The notes beneath the pieces are model-generated. The model saw only the letters and a program-made list of their open reading frames with translations, made no database searches and was not told the origin of the DNA. The translations under genes were made by a program, and so were the position numbers. Shown piece by piece: positions 52,105 through 63,933 of a stretch of 64,000 nucleotides of DNA. The stretch is from Mobula hypostoma (Eukaryota): NCBI RefSeq assembly GCF_963921235.1, contig NC_086097.1:233122001-233186000 (forward strand). The letters run 5' to 3'. How positions within the stretch are numbered: position 1 is the stretch's first letter; each line of letters starts with the position of its first letter.

Positions 52105-52307
52105 ATAGAAACATAGAAACATAGAAAATAGGTGCAGGAGTAGGCCATTCGGCCCTTCGAGCCTGCACCGCCATTTATTATGATCATGGCTGATCATCCA
52201 ACTCAGAACCCCGCCCCAGCCTTCCCTCCATACCCCGTGACCCCTGTAGCCACAAGGGCCATATCTAACTTCCTTTTAAACATAGCTAATGAACTGGCCT
52301 CAACAGT
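52105..52307 (-). mobile_element. Young CR1 3' end
   Basis: Near-identical to 61594-61790. Confidence 0.9.
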
Positions 52308-52527
52308 TATGGGATTAAATGCAGGGCAAGAGTGCTTAGACGAAGATTTCAAGCAATGAATGAAGAATGACTGGAATTATATTGGAAGTGGAAAGGGAAG
52401 TGACAATTAAATCTACAAACACTGCATTTAATTCTGAAGGTCAGAGTAATGGGACTGGGTTTGGGGAGAGGGAGAGGGAGAGTAGCAAAAGAACAATGCT
52501 CTTCAGGACGAGTCCCTCATTCAATAT

Positions 52528-53091
52528 GTTGTTGTTCGTCCATCGTTGACATCGATGAGGACCTCGACATCATTATGATGGTGTTGAGACTAGCGCGTGA
52601 TTTGGATTTAAGTGAGGGAGAGTTGCGCAGCGTCAGCCTCACTCTCTCTTCCCAATTCCCATCTGGATCCAGTGGCAAGACAGAGTCTAGACGGCTGGAG
52701 ATAGGACTAGGCGCAGTGGATGACCAGGACGTCTTCTGTGTCTTGTCCTGCTCTACACATTCCACGACGCTTGCAGAGACCGCCTTCTTGACCGTTGGAC
52801 CTTCCATTGGTCTCGTCCGCTCAATCCACCGGAGTCTGTCTTCGCATGCTGGGATAGACAACTCCCTATCTCACCGAGGGTTTGAGACCTGTCGGCTACC
52901 CTCACTTGGTTTAGCGGCTTGTTGAAGCCGTCGCCCGGGGTGTGGCCGCTGTCGCATGCAAACAGCTACGGGGAGCCACAGGTGAGAGCTGAGTGCCAGG
53001 TGGGGACCAAAGGTGGACTAACAGCCCTGAAAAGGACGCGACATGTTCCCCCACCAGAGGTGCTACCCCTCCCTGACACCCCATACACCCC
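52528..53091 (-). mobile_element. Full-length non-autonomous RTE-type retroposon
   Basis: (AAC)n tail; AATAT TSD (52523-52527 and 53092-53096); CpG-rich; no RT. Confidence 0.8.
52901..53091 (-). ncRNA. HDV-like self-cleaving ribozyme (predicted)
   Basis: P1 GGGGUGU/ACACCCC; P2 CUCACCUG/CAAGUGAG (7/8); P3 GGC/GCC; UCC with GG for P1.1; P4 CGGCUU/AAGCCG; J4/2 CUAAAC. Confidence 0.75.
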
Positions 53092-53205
53092 AATATAAAA
53101 CGTGTACTAAGAACAATATAATTCAACTTGAAGATTCCTCTCTGAATACCTACAGTACGTGATAAATGTATTAAGTAACTGGTTACAGGAATCCTGCTTA
53201 TGGAA

Positions 53206-53310
53206 CTCTTGCTTTTTCATTACCATATTGCCTCCTTAACTTTCCTTTCTGCCAAGCCATTTGGCAGAAAGGAAAGTGGAGGAGGCATCATGGCAATGAA
53301 AAAGCAAGAG
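53206..53310. repeat. Imperfect 50-bp-arm inverted repeat (hairpin) in unique sequence
   Basis: Arms 53206-53255 and 53261-53310, 45/50 complementary, 5-nt loop. Confidence 0.9.
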
Positions 53311-53477
53311 AATCAACAGCAAAATATCTGTAATTTTAATTGAATTAACCACGCTCGGTCAAGAAGCAATGCAAGACAATACTCATGATCCCAGAATAAG
53401 TTTTCAAACTGTAAAGTCATGTTATTTGCAATTCTGAATTAAGTGAATGTTACTAACTAAACTGATAAGATGATAAA

Positions 53478-55880
53478 ACATAAGAATTAGGCCTTTCAGC
53501 CCATCAGTTCTGTTCAATCATTCCATCATGGCTGATTTATCATCCTTCTCAGTCAATCCCATTCTCCTGCCTTCTCCCTGTAACTTTTGATGCCCTGACT
53601 AATCAAGAACTCATCAACCTCTGTTTTAAATATGCTCAATGTCTTGGCCTCCACAGCTGTCTGTTGCAATGAATTCCACAGATTCATGACCCTCTGGCTA
53701 AAGAAAATCCTCCTCATCTTCTACATGTATGTCCTTCTATTCTGAAACTGTGCCCTCTGGTCCTAGACTCACCGCTTTAGGAAATGTGTTCCCTAAATCC
53801 ATTCAAAGTTCAAATCCAATGCTCAAAGTTCAAAGATCAAAGTATTATCAAAGTACATATATGTCACCATATACAACCCTGAGATTCATTTTCATGTAAG
53901 CATACTCAGTAATTCCAAGAAACATAATAGAATCGATGAAATACTGCACCCAACAGGACGGACAAGCAGCCAATACAAAAGACAACAAATTGTGCAAGTT
54001 CAAAAGAAAAAAAAGCAATAAATATCAAGAATATGAGATGAAGAGTCTTCGAAAGTGAGTCCACAGGTTGTGGGAACAGTTCAGTGATGGGGCGAGTGAT
54101 GTTGAGTGAAGTTATCCACTTTAATTCAAGATCTTGATGGTTGAGGGGTAGTAACTGTTCCTGAACTTAATGGTATGGGTCCTGAGGCTCTTGTACCTTC
54201 TTCCTGATGGCAGCAGTGAGGCGAGAGCAGGGTGGGTGCCTTTCATGATGGATGTTGCTTCCCTGCAACAGCGATTCATGTAGATGTGCTCAATGGGGGT
54301 GAAGATTCACCTGTAATGGACTGGGCCATATCCATCACTTTTTGTAGAATTTTCCATTCAAGGGCATCACTGTTTTCATTCCAGGCTGTGATGTAGCCGA
54401 TCAATATACTGTCCACCACACATCCATAGATGTTTGTCAAATGTTTTAGATGTAATGCTGAATCTTCCAAACTTCTAAGGAAGTAGAGGTGCTGCTGGGA
54501 TTTCCTCATAATTGCAGTTATGTGTTGGGCCTAGGACAGGGTGCTGATGGAGAGTGTGGGGGTGATATTGTTGCCAATCTGAAATGACTAGGGTCTGCAG
54601 GTGAGGAAGTCGAGAATCCAATTGCACAAGGACATATTGAAAGTAAGGTCTTGAAGCTTACTGATCAGTTTTGAAGAGATGATGGTATTTAATGTTGAGT
54701 GGTAGTCAATAAAGAGCATTCCAATGTATGTATCTTTGCTGTCCAGATGTTCTGGAGTTGAGTGAAGAGCCAATAAAATGGCACCTGTTGTACCAGTAGG
54801 CAAAATGGAGCAGATTAAAGTCGCTTCTCAGGCAGGAGTTGATGCGTTTCATCACCAGCCTCTCAAAGCACTTCATCACAGTGGATGTAAGGGCTACTGG
54901 ACGATAGTCATTGAGGCAGATTACCATGTTCTTCTTAAGCACTGGTATAACTGAAGCCTGCTTGAAGCAGATGGCACTTCAGACTGCCAAAGCTAAAGGT
55001 TAAGGATACCAGTGAACACTCCAGTCAGTTGATCAGCACAGGTCAATAGTACTCGGCCAGGTATCTATCCAGACCATTCAATATTTGATAGGTTTCAATG
55101 AGATCCTGCTCATTTTTATAAACTTCCGTGAGTACACACCCAGAGGCATCAAACACTCCTGATATGTTAACCGTTTCATTCCTGGAATCATTCTTGTGAA
55201 CCCCCTCTGGACCCTCTCCAATGCCAGCACATCTTTTCTTAGATAAGGGGCCCCAAAACTGCTCACAGTATTCCGAGTGCAGTGTGACCAATACCTTATG
55301 AAGCCTCAGCATTACATCCTTGCTCTTATATTCTCGACCCCTCAAAACGAATGCTAACATTGCATTTACCTTCCTTACCACTTACTCAACCTGTAAGATA
55401 ACTTTTAGGAAATTCTGCATGAGGACTCCCAAGTCCCATTGCACCTCTGATTTTCGAATTTTATCCCCATTTAGAAAATATTTTATGCCTTTATTCCTTC
55501 TACCAAGTGCAAAACCATACACTTCCCTACACTATTTTCCATCTGCCACTTCTTTGCCCATTCTCCCAATCTATCCAATTCTTTCTACAGACTCTCTGCT
55601 TTCTCGCCACTACCTACCCCTCCACCTAACTTTGTATTGTCCACAAACTTGGCCAGAAAGACTTAAATTCATCACCCAAATCATTCACATATAATGTAAA
55701 AAGCTATATTACTGTCCATACTGGTACCCTTCCTGTAATACCATGAGCTCTTATCTTGTTAAGCAGCTTTATGTCAGCACCTTGTCAAAGGCCTTCTGAA
55801 AATTCAAGCTCTTTTATCTACCTTGCCTGTTAAATCCTCAAAGAATTCCTGTGGGTATGTCAGGCAAGATTTTCCTTGAT
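53478..55880 (-). mobile_element. CR1 fragment interrupted by a Rex/Babar copy (53805-55040)
   Basis: CR1: YLRKDVLALERVQRGFT; Rex: [35 protein letters not shown]. Confidence 0.85.
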
Positions 55881-56745
55881 GTCAAACTGAAACGTTGTTA
55901 TTTTTGGGTGGGTGGAGCTACGATGGTGCTCAGCAGTGACTTCTTCGAGCTTATCTGCAGAAACAGCTTACTTTCCACCTTTGATGTCTCTCATTGTCCT
56001 TTTCAAGGTGGATGGGATTCTGTCATAGTCATAGTCATACTTTATTGATCTCGGGGGAAATTGGTCCAAGACCCTGACCTACACTCATACTTCAGTTCTT
56101 TTGGCCGTTTTTTGATATTCCAAGGATTTGGCCTAGAAGACGAGTGTACCTTTGGGGTTTCGAGTATTTGCAGCACTGGGGCCGAGCCACTGCCACTGAC
56201 TGAACTGTCACTGGAACATTAGAGAACTGCTGATCAGCTATCGGGGTTTCTGTACTTGATGATTTGCTCTCTCTGTTTCTCAAGTTGGTGGGGGAAAGTT
56301 CGCTGCCAATTGTCAAGTCAGAGAACTCGGAAAAAAGCAACGCGGTAGACTTTAACTGTTTATGTCTCCTCTCTCACTGTGAAAATGTGACATCTCTTTG
56401 TCCCTTTTTTGGGGAGAGAGAGCCTGTGGTATATTGAATTATGGGATTTTTGTTGTACTGCAGATCATGGTCTTTATTGGCGGTCTTGCTGTTGCTTGTT
56501 TGGTGGTGGAGGGTGCTGATGCTTTTTTCTGCTGAGGTAAGTGGGGGAGGGGGACGGTTGTTGCTTTGCTACTGCCTGAGTGTGAGAGGGGGAGTAGGGG
56601 TGGCTTTGGGGTTCTAACATTTTACTGTCAGTCATTCCTTGGGGCACTCTTCTGTTTTTGTAGGTGTCTGTGAAGAGCAAGAATTTCAGGTTGTATATTG
56701 TATACATTCTCTGATATTAACTTAAACAATTGAAGTTTTGAAATA
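55880..56745 (+). mobile_element. Non-coding element with a Rex-type tail
   Basis: Starts near cgatggtgc; ends gaatttcaggttgtatattgtatacattctctgatattaa..tttgaa. Confidence 0.55.
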
Positions 56746-57974
56746 TGAAATCTTTGGGATGTAGTCATTGGACGTTGTAGATGTTGGGTTTTAGAATCTA
56801 GAATCTTCCCAGTTCAGGCTGTTTCTGAGGGGAGGAGGGAACGGAGTGCTGTCTTTTCAGTTCAAGACCCTTCATCCGTGCAATGCATCTCGTGTGTAAC
56901 CACACCTTCTGGAATGAAAGGGATAAGGACAAGAAAAGAAAGGTGAGGGAAATACGTGGAAGGTAGTGGTGGATTAACTTTTTTTATCTACTGGCTACTC
57001 TCCTCTCTTAAATAGCTTATGTCTCAGTAATCTCCAATCTGATTGGTTAATTGTTCAAATTCATAGAATTGTTCTTTCTCCTAATTTCAACCTACCACTG
57101 ACATCAAAAACCCCTCAGTTTCCAAGGAGATAAATAGTAACATGATTCTTTTATATATGAATGTCATATTTTATATAAGTATTACAAACAAATCTAATTC
57201 ATAAGAAGTAGAAATGTATTGATCTCTGCAATACTTGCAATACTCATATGTTTCCCATCCCATGCAAAATAACAGTTTTGATTACTGATAACCATTGTTA
57301 CACATAATATAAAAACAGAAAATACGGGGGAAACTAAGCAAATCAAAGAGAATCTGTAGAGAGGGAATCTAAATGTTTGACAGCTAGCAGACATCTATTT
57401 GCAGATGTCTTCCTGGTTGGAACTATGTATCTGTAAAGAGACTCTGAAAGCACGAACCCATGGTCATCCGTTTAACAGTTGATTGAGCTATGTTGCTGAA
57501 TGAAGGAACATTCACGTAGCATGTACTGTATGTTCTAAAATAAAGCTAATCATAACTTCATTAGTTTGGTTTCATTTCTAGGATTTGTTCAGGATTTCCT
57601 GTGACATGGGTTGCAAATGATTTCGAAAATAAATTAAAGAAGGCCATTTGTGCTAGCCCTACATAACCATAGCTCTAATTAATCTCACCTTCTTGTCAAT
57701 TGCCCTGTTAATCCTCATTTTCAAGGACCTTACCATTATGAACCATTTTGTCAAATCAGTTTGCACCAAATTTTAAGTTAGAATCTTCCAAATCCTTGAT
57801 TACCCTCAGTGTTTTTTATTCTTTTCCTTTCTAGAACTTTAGCCAGTGCTTTCATTTCCATTTGTCTAATTAATGGACACTCGCTAACAGCAGTATGCTT
57901 TTTATTTCTATCCACTATATCAAAATTTCCAAGACAACACTTAGACCTTATTTGCTCCAAGCTGCAAGTTGCAA

Positions 57975-58580
57975 CTGCGGTCCCAAAGAAGGCAGAGCAG
58001 CAGTTATATTTCATCAGGCACTTGAGAAGATTTGGTAGGCCACCAAAGACACTAGCAAATTTCTACAGATGTACCATGGAGAGCATTCTAAATGGCTGCA
58101 TCACTGTCTGGTGTGGTGGTGGGAGGCTGGGAGTGGCACAGGATCAAAATAAACTGCAGGAAGTTGTAAACTCATTCATCCCCATCATGGGCACTAACCT
58201 CCCCATCATACAGGAGGTCTTCGAGGAATGCCTCAAAAAGGCGGCATCTATCATTAAGGACCCGTATGTCCCAGGACATGCCCTTTCCTCATCAGGGAGG
58301 AGGTATGGGAGCCTGAAGGCACACATTCAATGATCAAGGAACAGCTTCTTCCCCTCTGCCATCCGATTTCTGAATGGACACTGAACCCATGAAGATTAAC
58401 ACACTACATTTTTTTTCTCATTTTGCACTAATTTAGTTTAACTTTTTAATAAATATATTATATACATTATATACTTACTGTAATTTACAGTTTTTATTAT
58501 TATGTATTGCCATGCACTGCTGCTGCAAAACAAGTTTCACCACACATGCTAATGATAGTAAACTGGTTCAGATTCTGAAC
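57975..58580 (+). mobile_element. Rex/Babar 3' portion
   Basis: KKAEQQLYFIR.LRRFG..FYRCTMESILNGCITVW..KKAASIIKDP. Confidence 0.9.
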
Positions 58581-58759
58581 TTCTCCAACTTTTCCTCACA
58601 ATGAAAGTCTCTCTTCACATCCCCAGTATCCCTGGTGACATTGGGGTAAGCTTTCACAGTGCTCTTACTCATACTATTACATTGTTCTTAAGGGCTGCAC
58701 ATTAAATATCAACTGAGGTTTAAGCAATTAGCTAAAAAACTTTAACACTATTGCCAAAG

Positions 58760-59185
58760 CATATGGAAGTGACAGGGCCTGGGTCCTCGAGCGAGGAACA
58801 ACCTGATGTTTGGATGATTTAAACACCGGACCAAATGGAAAATGAAAGGTGTTGGGACCAGAAGCAAGGGCTGAGATGGTTCTGCTTGCTTCTCCATGAC
58901 GTTTACTCGGCTCTGCATTGAGCAGAGGCTGGGGCCTGCTCCATCTGCAGTGATGCCTAGCTTGACGTCTGTAGGCTTACTTTCATTCCGAATGCTATTT
59001 GCTTACTTTATTCTTTGCAAGATTTTTTTTCTCTCTCTGCACATTGGGTGTTTGTCAGTCTTCTTTTATTAAATGGGTTCTTTCGGGTTTCATTACTTTG
59101 CGGCTGCTTGTAAGGAGACAAATCCCAAGGTTTCATTATGCATATATACTTGATATTAAATGTATTCTGCACTTTTAACTTTGAA
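58760..59185 (+). mobile_element. Rex-tail non-coding fragment
   Basis: cttgtaaggagacaaatcccaagg..acttgatattaaatg..ctttgaa. Confidence 0.55.
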
Positions 59186-59324
59186 TGTTATCTTTTCTCA
59201 TCAAACGTTATGCCTAGCTTGACGCTAATCTGTCTTTTCAACAAATGTTTGGCATGACTCCTTTGCTCTGTCACCTTCTGGTCATATTTTCTAGTCTACC
59301 CTTGTGAGACTCATCCTTACGAAG

Positions 59325-59630
59325 GTGAAGTAGTGGTTAGCGCATCGCTTTACACCACCAACTTAGCCTGATTGGTGTTTAACTCCTGCCAGGGCCTGTA
59401 AGGAGTTTGAATTTTCTTCTGTGACCCTGTAGGTTTCCTCCAGGTGCTCTGGTTTCCTCCCACATTCCAAAGATGCATGGTTAGGTTCAGTGAGATGTGG
59501 ACATGCTACGCTGGCGACAGAAGCATGGCGACACTTGCAGGCTGCCCCCAGCAAAATTCTCACTTACTGTATCTGATTTGATGCAAACAATGCATTTCAT
59601 GTGACAAATTAAGATAATCTTTAGCTTTAA
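59325..59630 (+). mobile_element. V-SINE-like SINE
   Basis: tRNA-like head gtagtggttagcgc; V-domain ggtttcctccaggtgctctggtttcctcccaca. Confidence 0.8.
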
Positions 59631-59854
59631 ATTGGCTCTTTCCCAGTTGACAATTTTTACCTTTGATATATTTGGGTTTCCATATATAGTTATATTATAT
59701 TATTGACCCTGTTAGCTAGAAGATCTCCAAATATAACATTTATTTACCTTGCATTTTCCCTCAGCACAAGATCCAACCCGATTCTTTCCCCAAAAGACAA
59801 CTGTCATATTTATTGGGATGTTTCCAAGCTATACATCCCTCTCTGCATAAAGTA

Positions 59855-60097
59855 CATTTTTCACATTGACCTGCAAGCCCCGATTTAACCCTAGCCTAAT
59901 CACGGGATAATTTACAAAGACCAATTAACCTGCCAAACAGTATGTCTTTGGACTGTGGGAGGAAACCAGAGCACCCAGAGGAAACCCATGCGGTCACAAG
60001 GAGGACATTCAGACTCCTGACAGACAGTGGTGGGGATAGACCCCGAGTTTCTGGTACTGTAAAGTGCTGTGCTAACTACTACACTATCGTGCTGCCC
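59855..60097 (-). mobile_element. V-SINE-like SINE
   Basis: tgtgggaggaaaccagagcacccagaggaaaccc; head gggcagcacgatagtgtagtagttagc on minus. Confidence 0.8.
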
Positions 60098-60579
60098 TAA
60101 GGGCATGTTATTGGGGAACAGATCACTATACTTTTGTTGCTAATTTTTGAAGCAAGCTCATAAATTTTCTCACCTATTTCTGCCTCACGGTATGAATTGA
60201 GCAGGTCCCATATGTCAATTCAAGCCAAACAGTTTCAGTGTTTCAACAACATGCTATTTTCCATTTAGAACTACAATGTCATCATTAATCCATATTTGAT
60301 GATTGGTGAGAAAATTAAAGATTATATCCCTATAATTTCAGAGTACCAATTAATTTTACATTTATCCGTGAAATGGTTTCATTGCATATTATTTAAGTAA
60401 GTATAGGATGCTGATGGAATTATTTTCACATCCACTCTTACATTAGTAATCTCAGGTTTATGCCTCACTTTATACAGCTGTAGTGGTTACTTGAAAAACA
60501 AATGAAAACCACTGAGAGACTGATTGAGGGAATTAACACTTCCAAATAACTGAGTTCCAAGCTACAAAAGGTACGTTCA

Positions 60580-61082
60580 ATCCATGGCCACCTCGTACTA
60601 TAATGAGGCCACCCTGTGGGTGGAGGAGCAACACCTTATATTCCATCTGGGAAACTTCTGCCCTGATGGCATAAATTTCGATTTCTCCTTCTGATAAAAG
60701 AAAAATCCCTCCTCCTCCCCTCTTCTATTCTCCAATCTGGTCTCTTGTCTCTTCTGACCTGCCGATCACTTCTCCCTGGGTCCCCTCCTCCTTCCTTTTC
60801 TCCTAAGATCTACTCTCATCTTCTATCAGTTCTCTTCCTCTCCAGCCCTTTATCTTTCCCACCCGCCTGCCTTCACCTATCACCCTCTAGCTATCCTCCT
60901 TCCCCCTTCCACCACCTTTTCACTCTGACATTTTACCCCTTCCTATTCAGTCCTGAAGAAGGGTCTCGGCCTGGGACATCGACTGCCTCTTCATTTCCAT
61001 AGATGCTATCTGACCTACCGAGTTCCTCCACCATTTTGTGTGTGCTGCTTTGCATTTCCATCGTCTGCAGACTTTATCAAGT
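60580..61082 (+). mobile_element. Penelope-like element 3' end (GIY-YIG C-terminus, pyrimidine tract, inactivated hammerhead)
   Basis: EEQHLIFHLGNFCPDGINFDFS; cagtc-ctgaaga-agggtctcggcct-gggac-atc-gactg at 60948-60985. Confidence 0.8.
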
Positions 61083-61593
61083 TTACCTTCGATCTTTTAT
61101 TACAAAACCAGCAAAGATGAGCGATAAAGATGAATGATCATAGATAGCAATAGTGGAATTAGTAATATTAAGGAGGTTTGCAATATTAGTAATATAAGCA
61201 TAATAAGTGATTAACGAAAATATCCATCCCCTACTAAGTCTCTTTCTAAACTAAACTAACAGCACAAAAGTGCTTCAGCCCCACCCAGAAACCCACGTGA
61301 CAAATTATCGTAATCCATAATAAAATGTCGAATACTAAATACTGTTCAGACAGACAGAAAATAAATACATAGCTCCTACAATAGCAAAATACTTTGAAGT
61401 AGGTAGAGCCAACAAGGAGAGTTTAGGCTATAGAACTGGGCTGAATACTTTCAAACATTCATACAAATCTGTCTTTCAGCTATTAGTTGATTCTTTTACT
61501 AAAGGAACAATATGAAACCAATGTTTCTCTTGTTTCCAGTCCCTGATCTAATATCCAAAGGCCAAATTCCCAACTAGCCTTCACTTGACAGGT

Positions 61594-62066
61594 ATAGAAA
61601 CATAGAAACATAGAAAATAGGTGCAGGAGTAGGCCATTCGGCCCTTCGAGCCTGCACCGCCATTTATTATGATCATGGCTGATCATCCAACTCAGAACCC
61701 AGCCTTCCCTCCATACCCCCTGACCCCTGTAGCCACAAGGGCCATATCTAACTTCCTTTTAAACATAGCTAATGAACTGGCCTCAACAGTTTGCTGTGGC
61801 AGAGAATTCCACAGATTCACCACTCTCTGTGTGAAGAAGTTTTTCCTAACCTCGGTCCTAAAAGGCTTCCCCTCTATCCTCAAACTGTGACCCCTCGTTC
61901 TAGACCTCCCCAACATCGGGAACAATCTTCCCGCATCTAGCCTGTCCAATCCCTTTAGGATCTTATACGTTTCAATCAGATCCCCCCTCAATCTTCTAAA
62001 TTCCAATGAGTACAAGCCCAGTTCATCCAGTCTTTCTTCATATGAAAGACCTGCCATCCCAGGAAT
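61594..62066 (-). mobile_element. Young CR1 3' fragment
   Basis: ORF 61692..62105 near-identical to the C-terminus of 62737..63828; GGTATA on both flanks. Confidence 0.93.
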
Positions 62067-62385
62067 CGGTATAAGAGGTGAAACGTTAGATATACACAAG
62101 CTCACAGGCTGATTAAGTTGCCTCTAGCAGAATTTCACTGCAACATTTCAGAACAGTAATATTGAAGCTTCAAAGAGTTATACCATTTCTACTTTTAACC
62201 TCCAGTTCTCAAAAACCAAAATGGAATTGTAATTTTAAAATATAATCATTTTAGTCAGCAAGATTCCAAATGAGTAAGAAAAGAAAATGCCTTTCCTTTA
62301 GGAGTAGAAGCCACCAGAAGGGCACATGGATTAACTTTTTAGCTCCCCCTTGTAGCCAACTTGCAGCAAGAATGAATTTAACCCA

Positions 62386-62612
62386 CATCATCATCATCAT
62401 CATCAGGTGCCACGTCCAGTTTGAGCTTTGACTGCCATGGCCCACACACTCCTGTTTCGGGTCAAGTGGATCAATTCATTGGTATTCATTTCCAGTTCTC
62501 TGGCTGCTGTCTCCATCGTCATTTGTCTTTGTCTTCCTCTTGCTTTCTGCCCTTCAATCTTTCCCATAATTACCGTGCATTCTAACTCCTCTTTCCTAAT
62601 CACATGTCCAAT
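62386..62612 (-). mobile_element. RTE 3' end
   Basis: Near-identical to 18007-18230. Confidence 0.9.
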
Positions 62613-62744
62613 GAATTATGAATTTAACCCACACCAATCCAATAATAACTGCATTATTTATATTTATATTTGTGTTTCTTTTCTTTTTTAAATTGTGTTC
62701 TTTATGCTTATTGTGCTTTATTAATGGTGCATTGGATTGATAAC

Positions 62745-63933
62745 TTTTGACAAGGTCCCACGCAGGAGATTAGTGTGCAAACTTAAAGCACACGGTATTG
62801 GGGGTAAGGTATTGGTGTGGGTGGAGAATTGGTTAGCAGACAGGAAGCAAAGAGTGGGAATAAACGGGACCTTTTCAGAATGGCAGGCGGTGACTAGTGG
62901 GGTACCGCAAGGCTCAGTGCTGGGACCCCAGTTGTTTACAATATATATTAATGACTTGGATGAGGGAATTAAATGCAGCATCTCCAAGTTTGCGGATGAC
63001 ACGAAGCTGGGTGGCAGTGTTAGCAGTGAGGAGGATGCTAAGAGGATGCAGGGTGACTTGGATAGGTTGGGTAAGTGGGCAAATTCATGGCAGATGCAAT
63101 TTAATGTGGATAAGTGTGAAGTTATCCACTTTGGTGGCAAAAATAGGAAAACAGATTATTATCTGAATGGTGGCCGATTAGGAAAAGGGGCGGTGCAACG
63201 AGACCTGGATGTTATTATACACCAGTCATTGAAAGTGGGCATGCAGGTACAGCAGGCGGTGAAAAAGACAAATGGTATGCTGGCATTTATAGTGAGAGGA
63301 TTCGAGTACAGGAGCAGGGAGGTACTACTGCAGTTGTACAAGGCCTTGGTGAGACCACACCTGGAGTATTGTGTGCAGTTTTGGTCCCCTAATCTGAGGA
63401 AAGACATCCTTGCCATAGAGGGAGTACAAAGAAGGTTCACCAGATTGATTCCTGGGATGGCAGGACTTTCATATGAAGAAAGACTGGATGAACTGGGCTT
63501 GTACTCGTTGGAATTTAGAAGATTGAGGGGGGATCTGATTGAAACGTATAAGATCCTAAAGGGATTGGACAGGCTAGATGCAGGAAGGTTGTTCCCAATG
63601 TTGGGGAAGTCCAGAACGAGGGGTCACAGTTTGAGGATAGAGGGGAAGCCTTTTAGGACCGAGATTAGGAAAAACTTCTACACACAGAGAGTGGTGAATC
63701 TGTGGAATTCTCTGCCACAGGAAACAGTTGAGGCCAGTTCATTGGCTATGTTTAAGAGGGAGTTAGATATGGCTCTTGTGGCTACAGGGGTCAGGGGGTA
63801 TGGAGGGAAGGCTGGGGCGGGGTTCTGAGTTGGATGATCAGCCATGATCATAATAAATGGCGGTACAGGCTCGAAGGGCCGAATGGCCTACTCCTGCACC
63901 TATTTTCTATGTTTCTATGTTTCTATGTTTCTA
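62745..63933 (+). mobile_element. Young 5'-truncated CR1 with an open RT ORF (to 63828)
   Basis: [23 protein letters not shown]; (TTTCTATG)n tail. Confidence 0.95.

Noticed and set aside
52449..52925. ORFs of 158 aa (+) and 114 aa (-) as novel genes
   Set aside because: They lie within a GC-rich retroposon, show no recognisable domain, and I could not find them preserved in the 8.3-kb relative.
59325..59395. tRNA gene
   Set aside because: tRNA-like head of a V-SINE, followed by the V-domain; no complete cloverleaf.
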